Part shown: positions 9,369-17,597 of the stretch, in pieces | Numbering within the stretch: position 1 is the stretch's first letter | How the letters are laid out: the number at the start of each line of letters is the position of its first letter | Assembly: GCA_016463385.1 (NCBI GenBank) | Contig: JAEMRL010000001.1 | Location: 1 to 34,195 of the forward strand | Origin: Thermoleophilia bacterium | GTDB taxonomy: Bacteria > Actinomycetota > Thermoleophilia > Miltoncostaeales > Miltoncostaeaceae | Direction of reading: 5' to 3' | Length of the DNA stretch: 34,195 bases | Position numbers and translations under genes: made by a program | Notes under the pieces: generated by a model | Databases searched by the model: none | The model's input: only the letters and a program-made list of their open reading frames with translations | What the model was told of the DNA's origin: nothing

Positions 9369-10255
9369 CCCGGGGCTCGTCCGCCGAAGACCATCTCGGC
9401 GCCCACCGCGTCGCCCGGGACCTCGAACAACTCCGGCTCGAGGCCGCACTCGCGGATGATGTCGACCAGGTCGCGCCCGAACTCGGTGAAGGTGAGCATG
9501 TCGGCGCCGACCGGGATGTAGCGGTAGATGCCCGCGCCGCGGCCGTGGTAGAGCGGCGGCAGGCGGTGCACCGGCTCACCGTCGGGGCCGAGGGCGGCCC
9601 GCTCCTCGGTGGCCGGCCGCGTCGCCACGATCGGCACCGTGAACAGGTGGCGGCCGCCCGGCTTCAGCACGCGCCGCGACTCGCGCAGGGCCGCGCGGAA
9701 GTCGGGGACGTGCTCGAGCGTGTCCGAGGACAGCATCAGGTCGAACGACGCGTCGGGGTAGGTGAGGCGGCTGACGTCCTCGTTGCGGGCGCCGTCGATC
9801 ATCTCGCCGAGGCCCTCGGGGCCGCGGTACTCCGAGAAGGCGAGCTTCGGCAGCCGCGCGAGCTGGGCGTGCAGGGAACCCATCGAGCCGATCGTGTTGA
9901 TCTCGGCCACGTCGAGCGCGCGGAAGGCCGGGTCCTGCACCAGCGCCGCCACCGAGTGCATGCCAGGTGCGTAGAGCGACAGCAGCACGTCGGAGAAGCG
10001 CCGCACCCGCAGGCTGGCGCAGCAGTTGCGGCAGAACATGCTCTCGCGGCGGGTGTAGGCGTCGCCCACCTCGGGCGCGCCCCAGGCGGTGCGCAGGTCG
10101 TCGGGGATCACCCAGGAGTTGAAGGCGAACGTCGTGGCGTGGCCGCAGGCGCTGCAGCGGCCGGGCTCGTCGCGGCGCCGGTCGGCGCGCGGGCGCAGCG
10201 TCAGGAGGATCGGCCGCCCGAGGCGGGCCTTCGCGGCGTCGACCAGGCCGCTCAT
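9365..10255 (-). CDS. Class I SAM-dependent methyltransferase-like protein with N-terminal CxxC...CxxC ribbon
   Basis: CSACG...CRNC, DVSRLTYPDASFDLMLSSDTLEHV, RRVLKPGG. Confidence 0.8.
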   Translation of the reverse strand: MSGLVDAAKARLGRPILLTLRPRADRRRDEPGRCSACGHATTFAFNSWVIPDDLRTAWGAPEVGDAYTRRESMFCRNCCASLRVRRFSDVLLSLYAPGMHSVAALVQDPAFRALDVAEINTIGSMGSLHAQLARLPKLAFSEYRGPEGLGEMIDGARNEDVSRLTYPDASFDLMLSSDTLEHVPDFRAALRESRRVLKPGGRHLFTVPIVATRPATEERAALGPDGEPVHRLPPLYHGRGAGIYRYIPVGADMLTFTEFGRDLVDIIRECGLEPELFEVPGDAVGAEMVFGGRAPG

Positions 10256-11181
10256 CGCGCCACCGGCTCGCGGAGCGCGCGGACGGTCAGCGCGAGGCCC
10301 TCGCGCAGGTCGTGACGGGGCGTGAAGCCGACCTCGTCACGGAGGCGGCGCACGTCGGCCACCAGGCGCGCGGGCTCGTCCGGCGACGCCGGGATCGCGC
10401 CGAGGCGCAGCAGCTCGGGATGCCCGGTGATCTCGCCGATGGCGCCGACCACCTCGGCCAGGGTCACCGGCTCGCCGGAGGCGACGTTGACCGGCCCGGT
10501 GACGTCGCTCGCCAGCAGCGCTCCGAAGCCCGCGGCCACATCCTCGACCTGCATCAGGTCGCGCACCTGGCGCCCGTGCGAGCAGGCGGCCGGCCGCGCC
10601 TCCAGCATCGCGGTCGCCACCGAGGGCACGAGGCGCCCCGGCGGCTCACCGGGACCGTGGAGCAGGAACACGCGGCCCCAGGCGAGGTCGAAGCCCGCCG
10701 TCGCGGCGTACCCGCGCAGCGCGACGTGCAGGGCGTGCTTGCTGGCCCCGTAGAGGGTCGCCGGCTCCAGCGGGGTGGTCGTCTCGTCGCAGACGCGGTC
10801 GTCCCAGAGGTACTCGGCGCAGGTGCCGGCCACCACGGCGCGGCGCCCGCCGGCCTCGGCGAAGGCGCGCACGAGGTGCACCGACGCCGCCAGCCAGTCG
10901 AGGTTGGCGGGCGACGACCAGAAGGCCCCGTGCGTGGTCTCCCAGGCCAGGTGCAGCAGGTGGCTGGGGCGCACGTCGCGCACCAGGGCACGGGCGGCGG
11001 CCGGGTCGAGCAGGTCGGCGCGGTGCCACTCGGCCTCGGCCCCCTCGCGTGGGGAGCGCGAGACGGCGTGCACCTCGAACCCGCGCGCGGCGAGGTCGGG
11101 AAGGCAGTGCGCCCCGAGGAAGCCGGCGGCGCCGGTCACCAGCACGCGCCCGGCGGGCCCGCCCGCTGCGGCCGGCGTCAC
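10252..11181 (-). CDS. NAD-dependent epimerase/dehydratase family protein, probable CDP-4-keto-sugar C4 reductase
   Basis: GTGA overlap start, VTGAAGFLG, YGASK, adjacent to the C-methyltransferase. Confidence 0.85.
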   Translation of the reverse strand: MTPAAAGGPAGRVLVTGAAGFLGAHCLPDLAARGFEVHAVSRSPREGAEAEWHRADLLDPAAARALVRDVRPSHLLHLAWETTHGAFWSSPANLDWLAASVHLVRAFAEAGGRRAVVAGTCAEYLWDDRVCDETTTPLEPATLYGASKHALHVALRGYAATAGFDLAWGRVFLLHGPGEPPGRLVPSVATAMLEARPAACSHGRQVRDLMQVEDVAAGFGALLASDVTGPVNVASGEPVTLAEVVGAIGEITGHPELLRLGAIPASPDEPARLVADVRRLRDEVGFTPRHDLREGLALTVRALREPVAR

Positions 11182-12410
11182 CCGAGCACCGCGAGGCGCG
11201 GGATCGGCACCGCGAAGCGGCCGCCCCAGTCGCGCACCGCGGCGAGCTGCCCGACGATCTCGTCCTGCAGGTTCCAGGGCAGGATCAGCACGTAGTCGGG
11301 CCGGTCCTCGATGATCCGCTCGGGGGCGTGGATCGGCAGGTGTACGCCGGGGAGGAAGCGGCCCTGCTTGTGGGGGCTGCGATCGACGGTGTACTCGATC
11401 AGGTCGCCGCGCACGCCGCAGTAGTTGAGCAGCGTGTTGCCCTTGGCCGGCGCGCCGTAGGCGACCACCCGGCGCCCGTCGCGGCGGGCCGTGATGAGGA
11501 AGTCGAGCAGGTCGCGCTTCACCTCGGCCACCTCCTCCGCGAAGCCGAGGTAGGTCTCGAGGCGGTCGAGCCCGGCGGCGGCCTCGTCGGCGCGCAGCGC
11601 GGCGACCGCCTCCGAGGGCGCGACGCCCTCGCCGGCGTGGCGCAGGTGCAGGCGCAGCGAACCGCCGTGGGTGCTCAGCCGGTCCACATCGGTGACCGCG
11701 AGCTCGTGGGAGGTCAGCACCGGCTCGAGGGCGAGCAGCGACAGGTAGGAGAAGTGCTCGTGGTAGATCGTGTCGAACTGGCGCTCGGCGATCAGCCGCA
11801 GCAGGTGCGGGAACTCGAGCGTGATCGTGCCGCCCGGCTTCAGGGCGATGGCGAGCCCGCCCACGAAATCGTGAAGGTCGGGCACGTGCGCGAGCACGTT
11901 GTTGCCCGCGATCAGGTCGGCGGCGCGGCCCTCGGCCACCAGGCGCCGGGCCGTCTCGACGCCGAAGAAGGCCACCAGGGTGGGCACGCCCCGGGCCTCG
12001 GCGGCCTCGGCGACGTTCGCGGCGGGCTCGACGCCGAGCACCGGGATGCCGCGGGCCACCATGTACTGCAGCAGGTAGCCGTCGTTGCTGGCGATCTCCA
12101 TCACGTGGCTGGAGGGGCCGAGGCCGAGGCGCTCGACCATCGTGCCGACGTACGCCTCGGCGTGGCGCAGCCAGCCCTCGGAGAACGACGAGAAGTAGGC
12201 GTAGTCGCCGAAGATGCTCTCGGGCGACTCCACCTCGGGCAGCTGCACCAGGAAGCACTCCTCGCACACGCGCACGTGCAGCGGGAAGAAGGGCTCCATC
12301 CGGTTCAGGCCCTCGGGCTCCAGGTAGGAGTTGGCGAGCGGCTGCGCGCCGAGGTCGACGAACGTGCGGTGCAGGCCGGCGCCGCAGCCGCGGCAGGTGA
12401 ACGTGGTCAT
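11178..12410 (-). CDS. NDP-hexose C3-methyltransferase (Zn-binding class I SAM enzyme)
   Basis: CRGCG...CEEC, DLGAQPLANSY, EIASNDGYLL, FDTIYHEHFSY, HGGSLR, YGAPAKGNTLLN, ILPWN. Confidence 0.92.
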   Translation of the reverse strand: MTTFTCRGCGAGLHRTFVDLGAQPLANSYLEPEGLNRMEPFFPLHVRVCEECFLVQLPEVESPESIFGDYAYFSSFSEGWLRHAEAYVGTMVERLGLGPSSHVMEIASNDGYLLQYMVARGIPVLGVEPAANVAEAAEARGVPTLVAFFGVETARRLVAEGRAADLIAGNNVLAHVPDLHDFVGGLAIALKPGGTITLEFPHLLRLIAERQFDTIYHEHFSYLSLLALEPVLTSHELAVTDVDRLSTHGGSLRLHLRHAGEGVAPSEAVAALRADEAAAGLDRLETYLGFAEEVAEVKRDLLDFLITARRDGRRVVAYGAPAKGNTLLNYCGVRGDLIEYTVDRSPHKQGRFLPGVHLPIHAPERIIEDRPDYVLILPWNLQDEIVGQLAAVRDWGGRFAVPIPRLAVLG

Positions 12411-13513
12411 CGCGCCACCAAGCCCTCGTAGCGCGCGATCTCCCGGTCGACGAGCTCGGCGGCGGGGCGGCCGGCGGCGAAGCCGGTGTGCCACTCGGCG
12501 ATCAGGCCGAGCGTCTCGTCGATGCCGAAGCGGGGGCGCCAGCCGAGCAGGGCGCGCGCCTTCGAGGCGTCGAGGCGCAGGTAGCCGGCCTCGTGGGGGA
12601 TGGGGCCCTCCTGCCGGCTCCACTCCCCCGGCCGGTCGAGCAGCTCCGCGAGCCGCCGGACGATCCTGCGCACGGGCCACCCCTCCTCGTTGCCGGGCGC
12701 GAAGTTCCACGCGCCCGCGATGTCCGGCCGCTCCCACAGGTGCTGCGCGAGGACCATGTAGCCGCCGAGCGGGTCGAGCACGTGCTGCCAGGGGCGGATC
12801 GCGTCGGGGTAGCGCAGCACCAGCGGGGTCCCGGCGATGATCGAGCGCACGATGTCGGGCACCAGCCGGTCCTGCGCCCAGTCGCCGCCTCCCAGCACGT
12901 TGCCCGCCCGTGCTGTGGCGACGGCGATGCCTGCCTCCGACAGGAACGAGTCGCGGTAGGCGGAGGTGACCAGCTCGGCGCAGGCCTTGCTGTTGGAGTA
13001 GGGGTCGCGGCCACCGAGGGCCTCGCCCTCCCGGTAGGGCCAGACCCACTCCTTGTTCTCGAAGCACTTGTCGCTGGTGACGACCACGACCACGCGCACG
13101 TCGGGGCACGCGCGCGCAGCCTCGAGGACGTGGACCGTGCCCATCACGTTCACCGCGTAGGTGGACACCGGGTCGTCGTAGGAGGGACGCACCAGCGACT
13201 GCGCGGCCAGGTGCAGCACCACCTCCGGGCGGAACGCGGTGGCCGCGGCGGTGAGGGCACCGAGGTCGCGGACGTCGCCCTCGACGTGGGTGATGCCCTC
13301 GGCGACCCCGGCCACCTCGAAGAGGCTGGGGTCGGTCGCCGGGGGCAGCGAGTAGCCGAGCACCTCGGCGCCGAGACGGCGCAGCCAGGCGGTGAGCCAG
13401 CTCCCCTTGAAGCCGGTGTGCCCGGTCACGAGCACCCGGCGTCCGCTCCAGAAGGCCTCGTCGACGCGGCTCGAGGGGCCCTCGGTACCGGGGACTGCGG
13501 GCCCGGGCGTCAT
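12407..13513 (-). CDS. rfbG: CDP-glucose 4,6-dehydratase
   Basis: FWSGRRVLVTGHTGFKGSWL, HLAAQSLVRPSY, TSDKC, DPYSNSK, RAGNVLGGGDW, RPWQHVLDPL. Confidence 0.95.
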   Translation of the reverse strand: MTPGPAVPGTEGPSSRVDEAFWSGRRVLVTGHTGFKGSWLTAWLRRLGAEVLGYSLPPATDPSLFEVAGVAEGITHVEGDVRDLGALTAAATAFRPEVVLHLAAQSLVRPSYDDPVSTYAVNVMGTVHVLEAARACPDVRVVVVVTSDKCFENKEWVWPYREGEALGGRDPYSNSKACAELVTSAYRDSFLSEAGIAVATARAGNVLGGGDWAQDRLVPDIVRSIIAGTPLVLRYPDAIRPWQHVLDPLGGYMVLAQHLWERPDIAGAWNFAPGNEEGWPVRRIVRRLAELLDRPGEWSRQEGPIPHEAGYLRLDASKARALLGWRPRFGIDETLGLIAEWHTGFAAGRPAAELVDREIARYEGLVAR

Positions 13514-13554
13514 CGGCAGGCGCGCACGGGGCGCGGAGGGGTGACCGGGTTCAT
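13510..13554 (-). CDS. Candidate 14-aa leaderless uORF (MNPVTPPRPVRACR) whose stop overlaps the rfbG start
   Basis: ATG at 13554 lies 9 nt after TAGACT. TGA 13512-13510 overlaps the rfbG ATG 13513-13511 (ATGA). Confidence 0.45.
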   Translation of the reverse strand: MNPVTPPRPVRACR

Positions 13555-13563
13555 CGGGGCGAC

Positions 13564-13569
13564 AGTCTA
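13564..13569 (-). promoter_or_regulatory. Putative -10 box TAGACT for the rfbG operon
   Basis: TANNNT in the intergenic gap upstream of the uORF and rfbG. Confidence 0.55.
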
Positions 13570-13610
13570 GACATGGGCCGCCGCGGCCCCTGCCCGCGCC
13601 CGGGCGGAGC

Positions 13611-14594
13611 TCAGCGCAGGCCGCCCGCCAGCAGGCGCGCGAGCTGATCGCGCCGAACGGCCTCGACGCCGAGCGACAGCAGCGTCGGCCGCCCGAGCAC
13701 CTCGGGCCAGACGCGCGAGCGGAACGACAGCAGCCGTGGCTGCAGCCCCGTCGCGGGACGGGCCGCGAGGGCGACCAGGGGCGGGCGGCCGAGCGCGCGG
13801 CGCCATGCGCCGAGCACCGAGGCGATGGTGGTCTCCACCTCGGAGGCGAAGACCTTGACCACCGTCGCAGGAGCGCCCCGGCCCTCGCGCTCGTCCTCCA
13901 TCCGCGCGAGGGCGGCCACCACCATCCGTCCGGCGTCGGGCGCGAAGAGGTAGTCGCGGATGGTGTCGAGGGAGACGTAGATCGAGACCGGCTCGCGCCG
14001 CAGGGCGGCGCGCCCGATGTGGGAGATCAGGCCCTGGGGCTTGTCGAGGCTCTGGCCCGGGCCGTAGAGGTTGGAGAACCGGCCGATCAGCACGTCGACG
14101 CCCGCCCGCGCCCCGAGGGCGCGGAAGAGATCCTCCTGGGCGAGCTTCTCCCGGCCGTAGGGCGCGAGGGCGCACACGGGCGACTCCTCGTCGAACGGCT
14201 GGCGGCCGGGGCTCGCCGCGTAGACGCCGCCGGCGGAGGACGCGAGCATCACCGTCCCGCGGTCGGCCACGCCGGGCCGCTCGGCGAGACGCGCCGCCAG
14301 GTCGGCGAGGGCCCGCTCCACCAGCCGGGTCTCCTGGGCGAGCGCCTCGGGCGGGGTGGCCACGACACCCGCCCCCGCGCACCAGAGGATGCGCCAGGGC
14401 CCCCCGTGGGCGCCCGCGGCCGAGAGGAAGCGCTCGGCCTCGCCGGCGAGGATCGCGGCGGCGGCGTCCTCGTCGCTCCAGGGGACGTGCGCGGCGGGCC
14501 GCCAGAGCCCCGTGCCCGCCAGGCACAACTCGACCTGCCGGCCGAGCAGCCCGCCCCGTCCGACGACCCAGGTGAGGGGCTGCTCCACGGCCAC
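13611..14594 (-). CDS. NAD-dependent epimerase/dehydratase family protein
   Basis: GRGGLLG, ASSAGGVY, YGREK, RFSNLYGPGQ, RDYLF. Confidence 0.88.
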   Translation of the reverse strand: MAVEQPLTWVVGRGGLLGRQVELCLAGTGLWRPAAHVPWSDEDAAAAILAGEAERFLSAAGAHGGPWRILWCAGAGVVATPPEALAQETRLVERALADLAARLAERPGVADRGTVMLASSAGGVYAASPGRQPFDEESPVCALAPYGREKLAQEDLFRALGARAGVDVLIGRFSNLYGPGQSLDKPQGLISHIGRAALRREPVSIYVSLDTIRDYLFAPDAGRMVVAALARMEDEREGRGAPATVVKVFASEVETTIASVLGAWRRALGRPPLVALAARPATGLQPRLLSFRSRVWPEVLGRPTLLSLGVEAVRRDQLARLLAGGLR

Positions 14595-14601
14595 GACGGC
14601 C

Positions 14602-15693
14602 CTACTCCCGGGTGATCGGCTCGGCCGCCACCGGGGCGACCGGCGCCGGAGCGGCCGCGGGGGAGGCGGCCTCGGGCGCGGCGGGCGCGGGCGCCGCCTG
14701 GGCGGCGCGCCCGAGGGGACCGCCGGCCGGGTCGCTCACCACGAGATAGAGCGGCTTGCCCATGGCGCTCTTGGCGGCGATGCCGAGGTACTCGGCCATG
14801 ATGCCCAGCGAGAAGAGGATGCCCCCCGAGGTGACGAGCAGGATCACCGTGGTGGAGGCCCAGCCCTGCACCGAGACCTGGTCGGTGAGACGCGCCCAGA
14901 CCACCCAGGCGAGCAGGACGACGGCGAGCAGGCCGAGGAAGGCGCCGAAGAAGGCGACCAGGCGCAGCGGGCGCGTGCCCGAGGTGAGCACCAGACGCCA
15001 GAAGTGCGACGCCAGGCGGCGCGTGGAGTACCCCGACGGCCTGCCGCGTTCCTCGCGCATCTCCACCGGGCAGGTGGCCGTGCGGTTGACGACCCAGGTG
15101 AGGGCGACGTCGAGGAAGACGCTCTCGCCGCAGTAGGCGGCGAGGCCGCGCCCGACCTCGCCCTCGACCAGGCGGAAGGAGTGGAAGTCGCGCAGCTCGC
15201 CGGCGCCCATCACGCTCGCGACGCGGTGCGCGAGCCGACTGGTGGCGTTGCGGAAGAGGCTGTGCGGCGGCGGGTTGGTGGGGGCGGCGTAGACCAGGGG
15301 CGCACGGTTCTCGAGCGCCACGTCGAGCATCCGCGCGATCGCGGCCGGGTCGTGCTGGCCGTCCTCGTCCATCGTGACGATCCACTCGGCGCTGGTGCTC
15401 GACATGCCCGCCAGGGTGGCCGCGTGCTGGCCGAAGTTGCGGGCGAGCCACACCGGGCGCACGTACGGGAAGCGCTCGGCGAGCGCGCGGATCGTGAGGT
15501 CGGAGCGGTCGGGGCCGGCATCGTGCACCAGCACCACCTCGGTGACCCGGTAGGGCACCCCGCCGGGCGTGCGGCCGCCGGCGACGTGGGCGTCGAGCTC
15601 CTCGAGCAGCTCCGGCAGCGTGCCCTCGCCCCGGTAGACCGGCACCACGACCGCGATCGTGTGCTCGGTGGCGGTTTGGTCCGGAACCGGCAT
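14602..15693 (-). CDS. Polyprenol-phosphate glycosyltransferase (GT2, ArnC/GtrB-like)
   Basis: VVVPVYRGE, VHDAGPDRS, LARNFGQHAATLAG, MDEDGQHDP, GRPSGYS, two C-terminal TM helices, AEYLG...KPLY. Confidence 0.9.
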   Translation of the reverse strand: MPVPDQTATEHTIAVVVPVYRGEGTLPELLEELDAHVAGGRTPGGVPYRVTEVVLVHDAGPDRSDLTIRALAERFPYVRPVWLARNFGQHAATLAGMSSTSAEWIVTMDEDGQHDPAAIARMLDVALENRAPLVYAAPTNPPPHSLFRNATSRLAHRVASVMGAGELRDFHSFRLVEGEVGRGLAAYCGESVFLDVALTWVVNRTATCPVEMREERGRPSGYSTRRLASHFWRLVLTSGTRPLRLVAFFGAFLGLLAVVLLAWVVWARLTDQVSVQGWASTTVILLVTSGGILFSLGIMAEYLGIAAKSAMGKPLYLVVSDPAGGPLGRAAQAAPAPAAPEAASPAAAPAPVAPVAAEPITRE

Positions 15694-15700
15694 GGCGGCA

Positions 15701-15706
15701 ATGCTA
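15701..15706 (-). promoter_or_regulatory. Putative -10 box TAGCAT, 7 nt before ATG 15693 (leaderless)
   Basis: Minus strand reads TAGCAT-tgccgcc-ATG. Confidence 0.65.
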
Positions 15707-15763
15707 CCGGGCGGTCTCCGGGCTCCCGACCCGCACGGGGACGGCTCGATCCCCCCGGTGGAC

Positions 15764-15769
15764 TAGATT
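15764..15769 (+). promoter_or_regulatory. Putative -10 box TAGATT, 7 nt before GTG 15777 (leaderless)
   Basis: TAGATT-gcgactc-GTG, in frame with the membrane protein ORF. Confidence 0.6.
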
Positions 15770-15776
15770 GCGACTC

Positions 15777-17585
15777 GTGCCGGTACGGAACGCCCGAATC
15801 GCCGCCCTCGCGGCGTTCATCGCCGGCTCGGCGGCCGCGCTCTGGGTGCTGTGGGGGCCGATGCTCTCCCACGCCGGGCAGGGCGGATCGGTGCGCCTGT
15901 GCCTGAAGAACTTCTACGTCCCCGACCAGTACTCGGTGATGAGCATCGGGCGCCTGGTGCAGGACGGCCTGTCGCCCTACCAGGAGCCCTACTCGGCAAC
16001 GGGCGACTCGGTGTACCCGAGCGAGTACTACCGGGTGCTCGGCCTGACCGCGCGGGCCACCGACACCTCGGTGGTCTGGGCCTGGAACGTGGTGGGCCTC
16101 TGCGTCTCGCTGGCATTGCTGGCGCTGGCGGTGGCGTGGGCGCGGAGGATGGCCCCAGGCACGCGTGCCTGGGTGCTGGCGCCGGTGCCCTTCCTGGTCG
16201 GCACGCTCTACTGGTGGGGCAGCGGCGAGTGGCTCTACTCATCGGGCCAGGCGGTGCTCTGGCCCGCCGTCGCGAGCCTCTACAGCCCGGGCGCCGAGGG
16301 GCCCGCCGTGCTGATGGCCGGGGCCTCGCTGCTGCTGCTCGCGCTCGCGCTGGCGCACGGGGGCCGCCGGGCCGCGGCGCTCGCCGCCGCGGCCGGGGTG
16401 CTCGGCGGGGCGAGCCTCCAGTTGCACGCCAACGTGGCCGTGCTGGTGGTGACGGCGACCGCGCTGGCGCTGGTGGCCGACGCCATGCTGACCACCCGCT
16501 CGACGCGCCGCCGGGCGATCGCGGGCGCGCTGGGCGCCGCGCTGGTGGTGGTGGCGCTGGTGACGCCCGGCACGGGTGTGGCCGTCCGCCTCGTGCTGCT
16601 GCTGATCGCGATCGCGGCCGTGGCGCTCTCCGACCCCGACTGGCGCCGCGCGCGCGGGCTGACGACGGCCGCCTGGGCCGGTGCGGCGATCGTGGCGAGC
16701 CTGCCGCTGTCGGCCCGTCTCGCCGATCAGACCCTCTCGGGCGAGGGCTACTTCTACGACCGCCAGTCGTCGGTGTCGGGCGCCGACGTCGACCTCTCGC
16801 TGATCGCGGTGCTCGGGCTGCTGGCGCCGGTGTGGCTGCTCGCCGCCGCGGTCGCCCGGCACCTGTGGAGGAGCCGCGGGACGGCACCGCCCGGCTGGCT
16901 GCCCGTGCTCGCCGGCCTCGCCTCGGCGACCCTCCTGCTCACGATGGCGGGCCGCCTCGGCACCGAGGGCCTCGAGTGGCACCGGTTCCTCGTCTACGGG
17001 TCCTTCCTCACCGTGACCGCGGCCGTCCCCGGCCTCTGGCTCATGCTCGCCTCCTCCACCGACCGCGGCACCCGCATTGCCGGAGCGGTGAGCGCCGCGC
17101 TGCTCGCGGCGACCCTGCCCGCCACGATCGCCTTCGCCGACGACCAGCGCGGCGTGATCACCTGCACCCCGCCCCAGGAGGCCGAGGCCTTCGCCGAGAT
17201 CGGACGCTTGTCGGGCGGGCGCCTGATGCTGATGGACCGCTGCTTCGCGCCGGGACCCCTGCGCGTCCATTCCGGCGCCCGCGTCGCCTATTTCAACGCC
17301 GGCATCGCGCCACCCGAGGACCAGGCGGCCACGGAATGGGCGCACGCCGAGATCGTGGCCGGCCGTCTGCCCGGCGCGACGACCCTCGCCCGCATGGGCG
17401 TGGACGGCTTCCTCACCAACACGCAGTGCGCCGGGGTGCCGCGCGAGCGGATCGCGGCCCGGTTCGGGACGCCGATCGCGCAGATCCCCCTGCGCGACGG
17501 CGAGGAGCTGGGGCTGCCGCCGGGGCTCGTCTACGAGATCTACGCGGTGCCGCCGCTGGGTGAATCGCCCGCCCGCGCAGGCTAG
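15777..17585 (+). CDS. Polytopic membrane protein, putative GT-C-fold glycosyltransferase
   Basis: More than 10 hydrophobic segments. The first external loop VPDQ...SVYPSEYY..LG resembles GT-C loop 1. Soluble C-terminal domain. Start placed at GTG 15777 from the -10 spacing. Confidence 0.65.
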   Translation: MPVRNARIAALAAFIAGSAAALWVLWGPMLSHAGQGGSVRLCLKNFYVPDQYSVMSIGRLVQDGLSPYQEPYSATGDSVYPSEYYRVLGLTARATDTSVVWAWNVVGLCVSLALLALAVAWARRMAPGTRAWVLAPVPFLVGTLYWWGSGEWLYSSGQAVLWPAVASLYSPGAEGPAVLMAGASLLLLALALAHGGRRAAALAAAAGVLGGASLQLHANVAVLVVTATALALVADAMLTTRSTRRRAIAGALGAALVVVALVTPGTGVAVRLVLLLIAIAAVALSDPDWRRARGLTTAAWAGAAIVASLPLSARLADQTLSGEGYFYDRQSSVSGADVDLSLIAVLGLLAPVWLLAAAVARHLWRSRGTAPPGWLPVLAGLASATLLLTMAGRLGTEGLEWHRFLVYGSFLTVTAAVPGLWLMLASSTDRGTRIAGAVSAALLAATLPATIAFADDQRGVITCTPPQEAEAFAEIGRLSGGRLMLMDRCFAPGPLRVHSGARVAYFNAGIAPPEDQAATEWAHAEIVAGRLPGATTLARMGVDGFLTNTQCAGVPRERIAARFGTPIAQIPLRDGEELGLPPGLVYEIYAVPPLGESPARAG

Positions 17586-17597
17586 GCTCGTCCGTCG

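Noticed and set aside
14602-14720. Ala/Pro-rich low-complexity tail of the GT2
   Set aside because: A common disordered extension, not a tandem DNA repeat.
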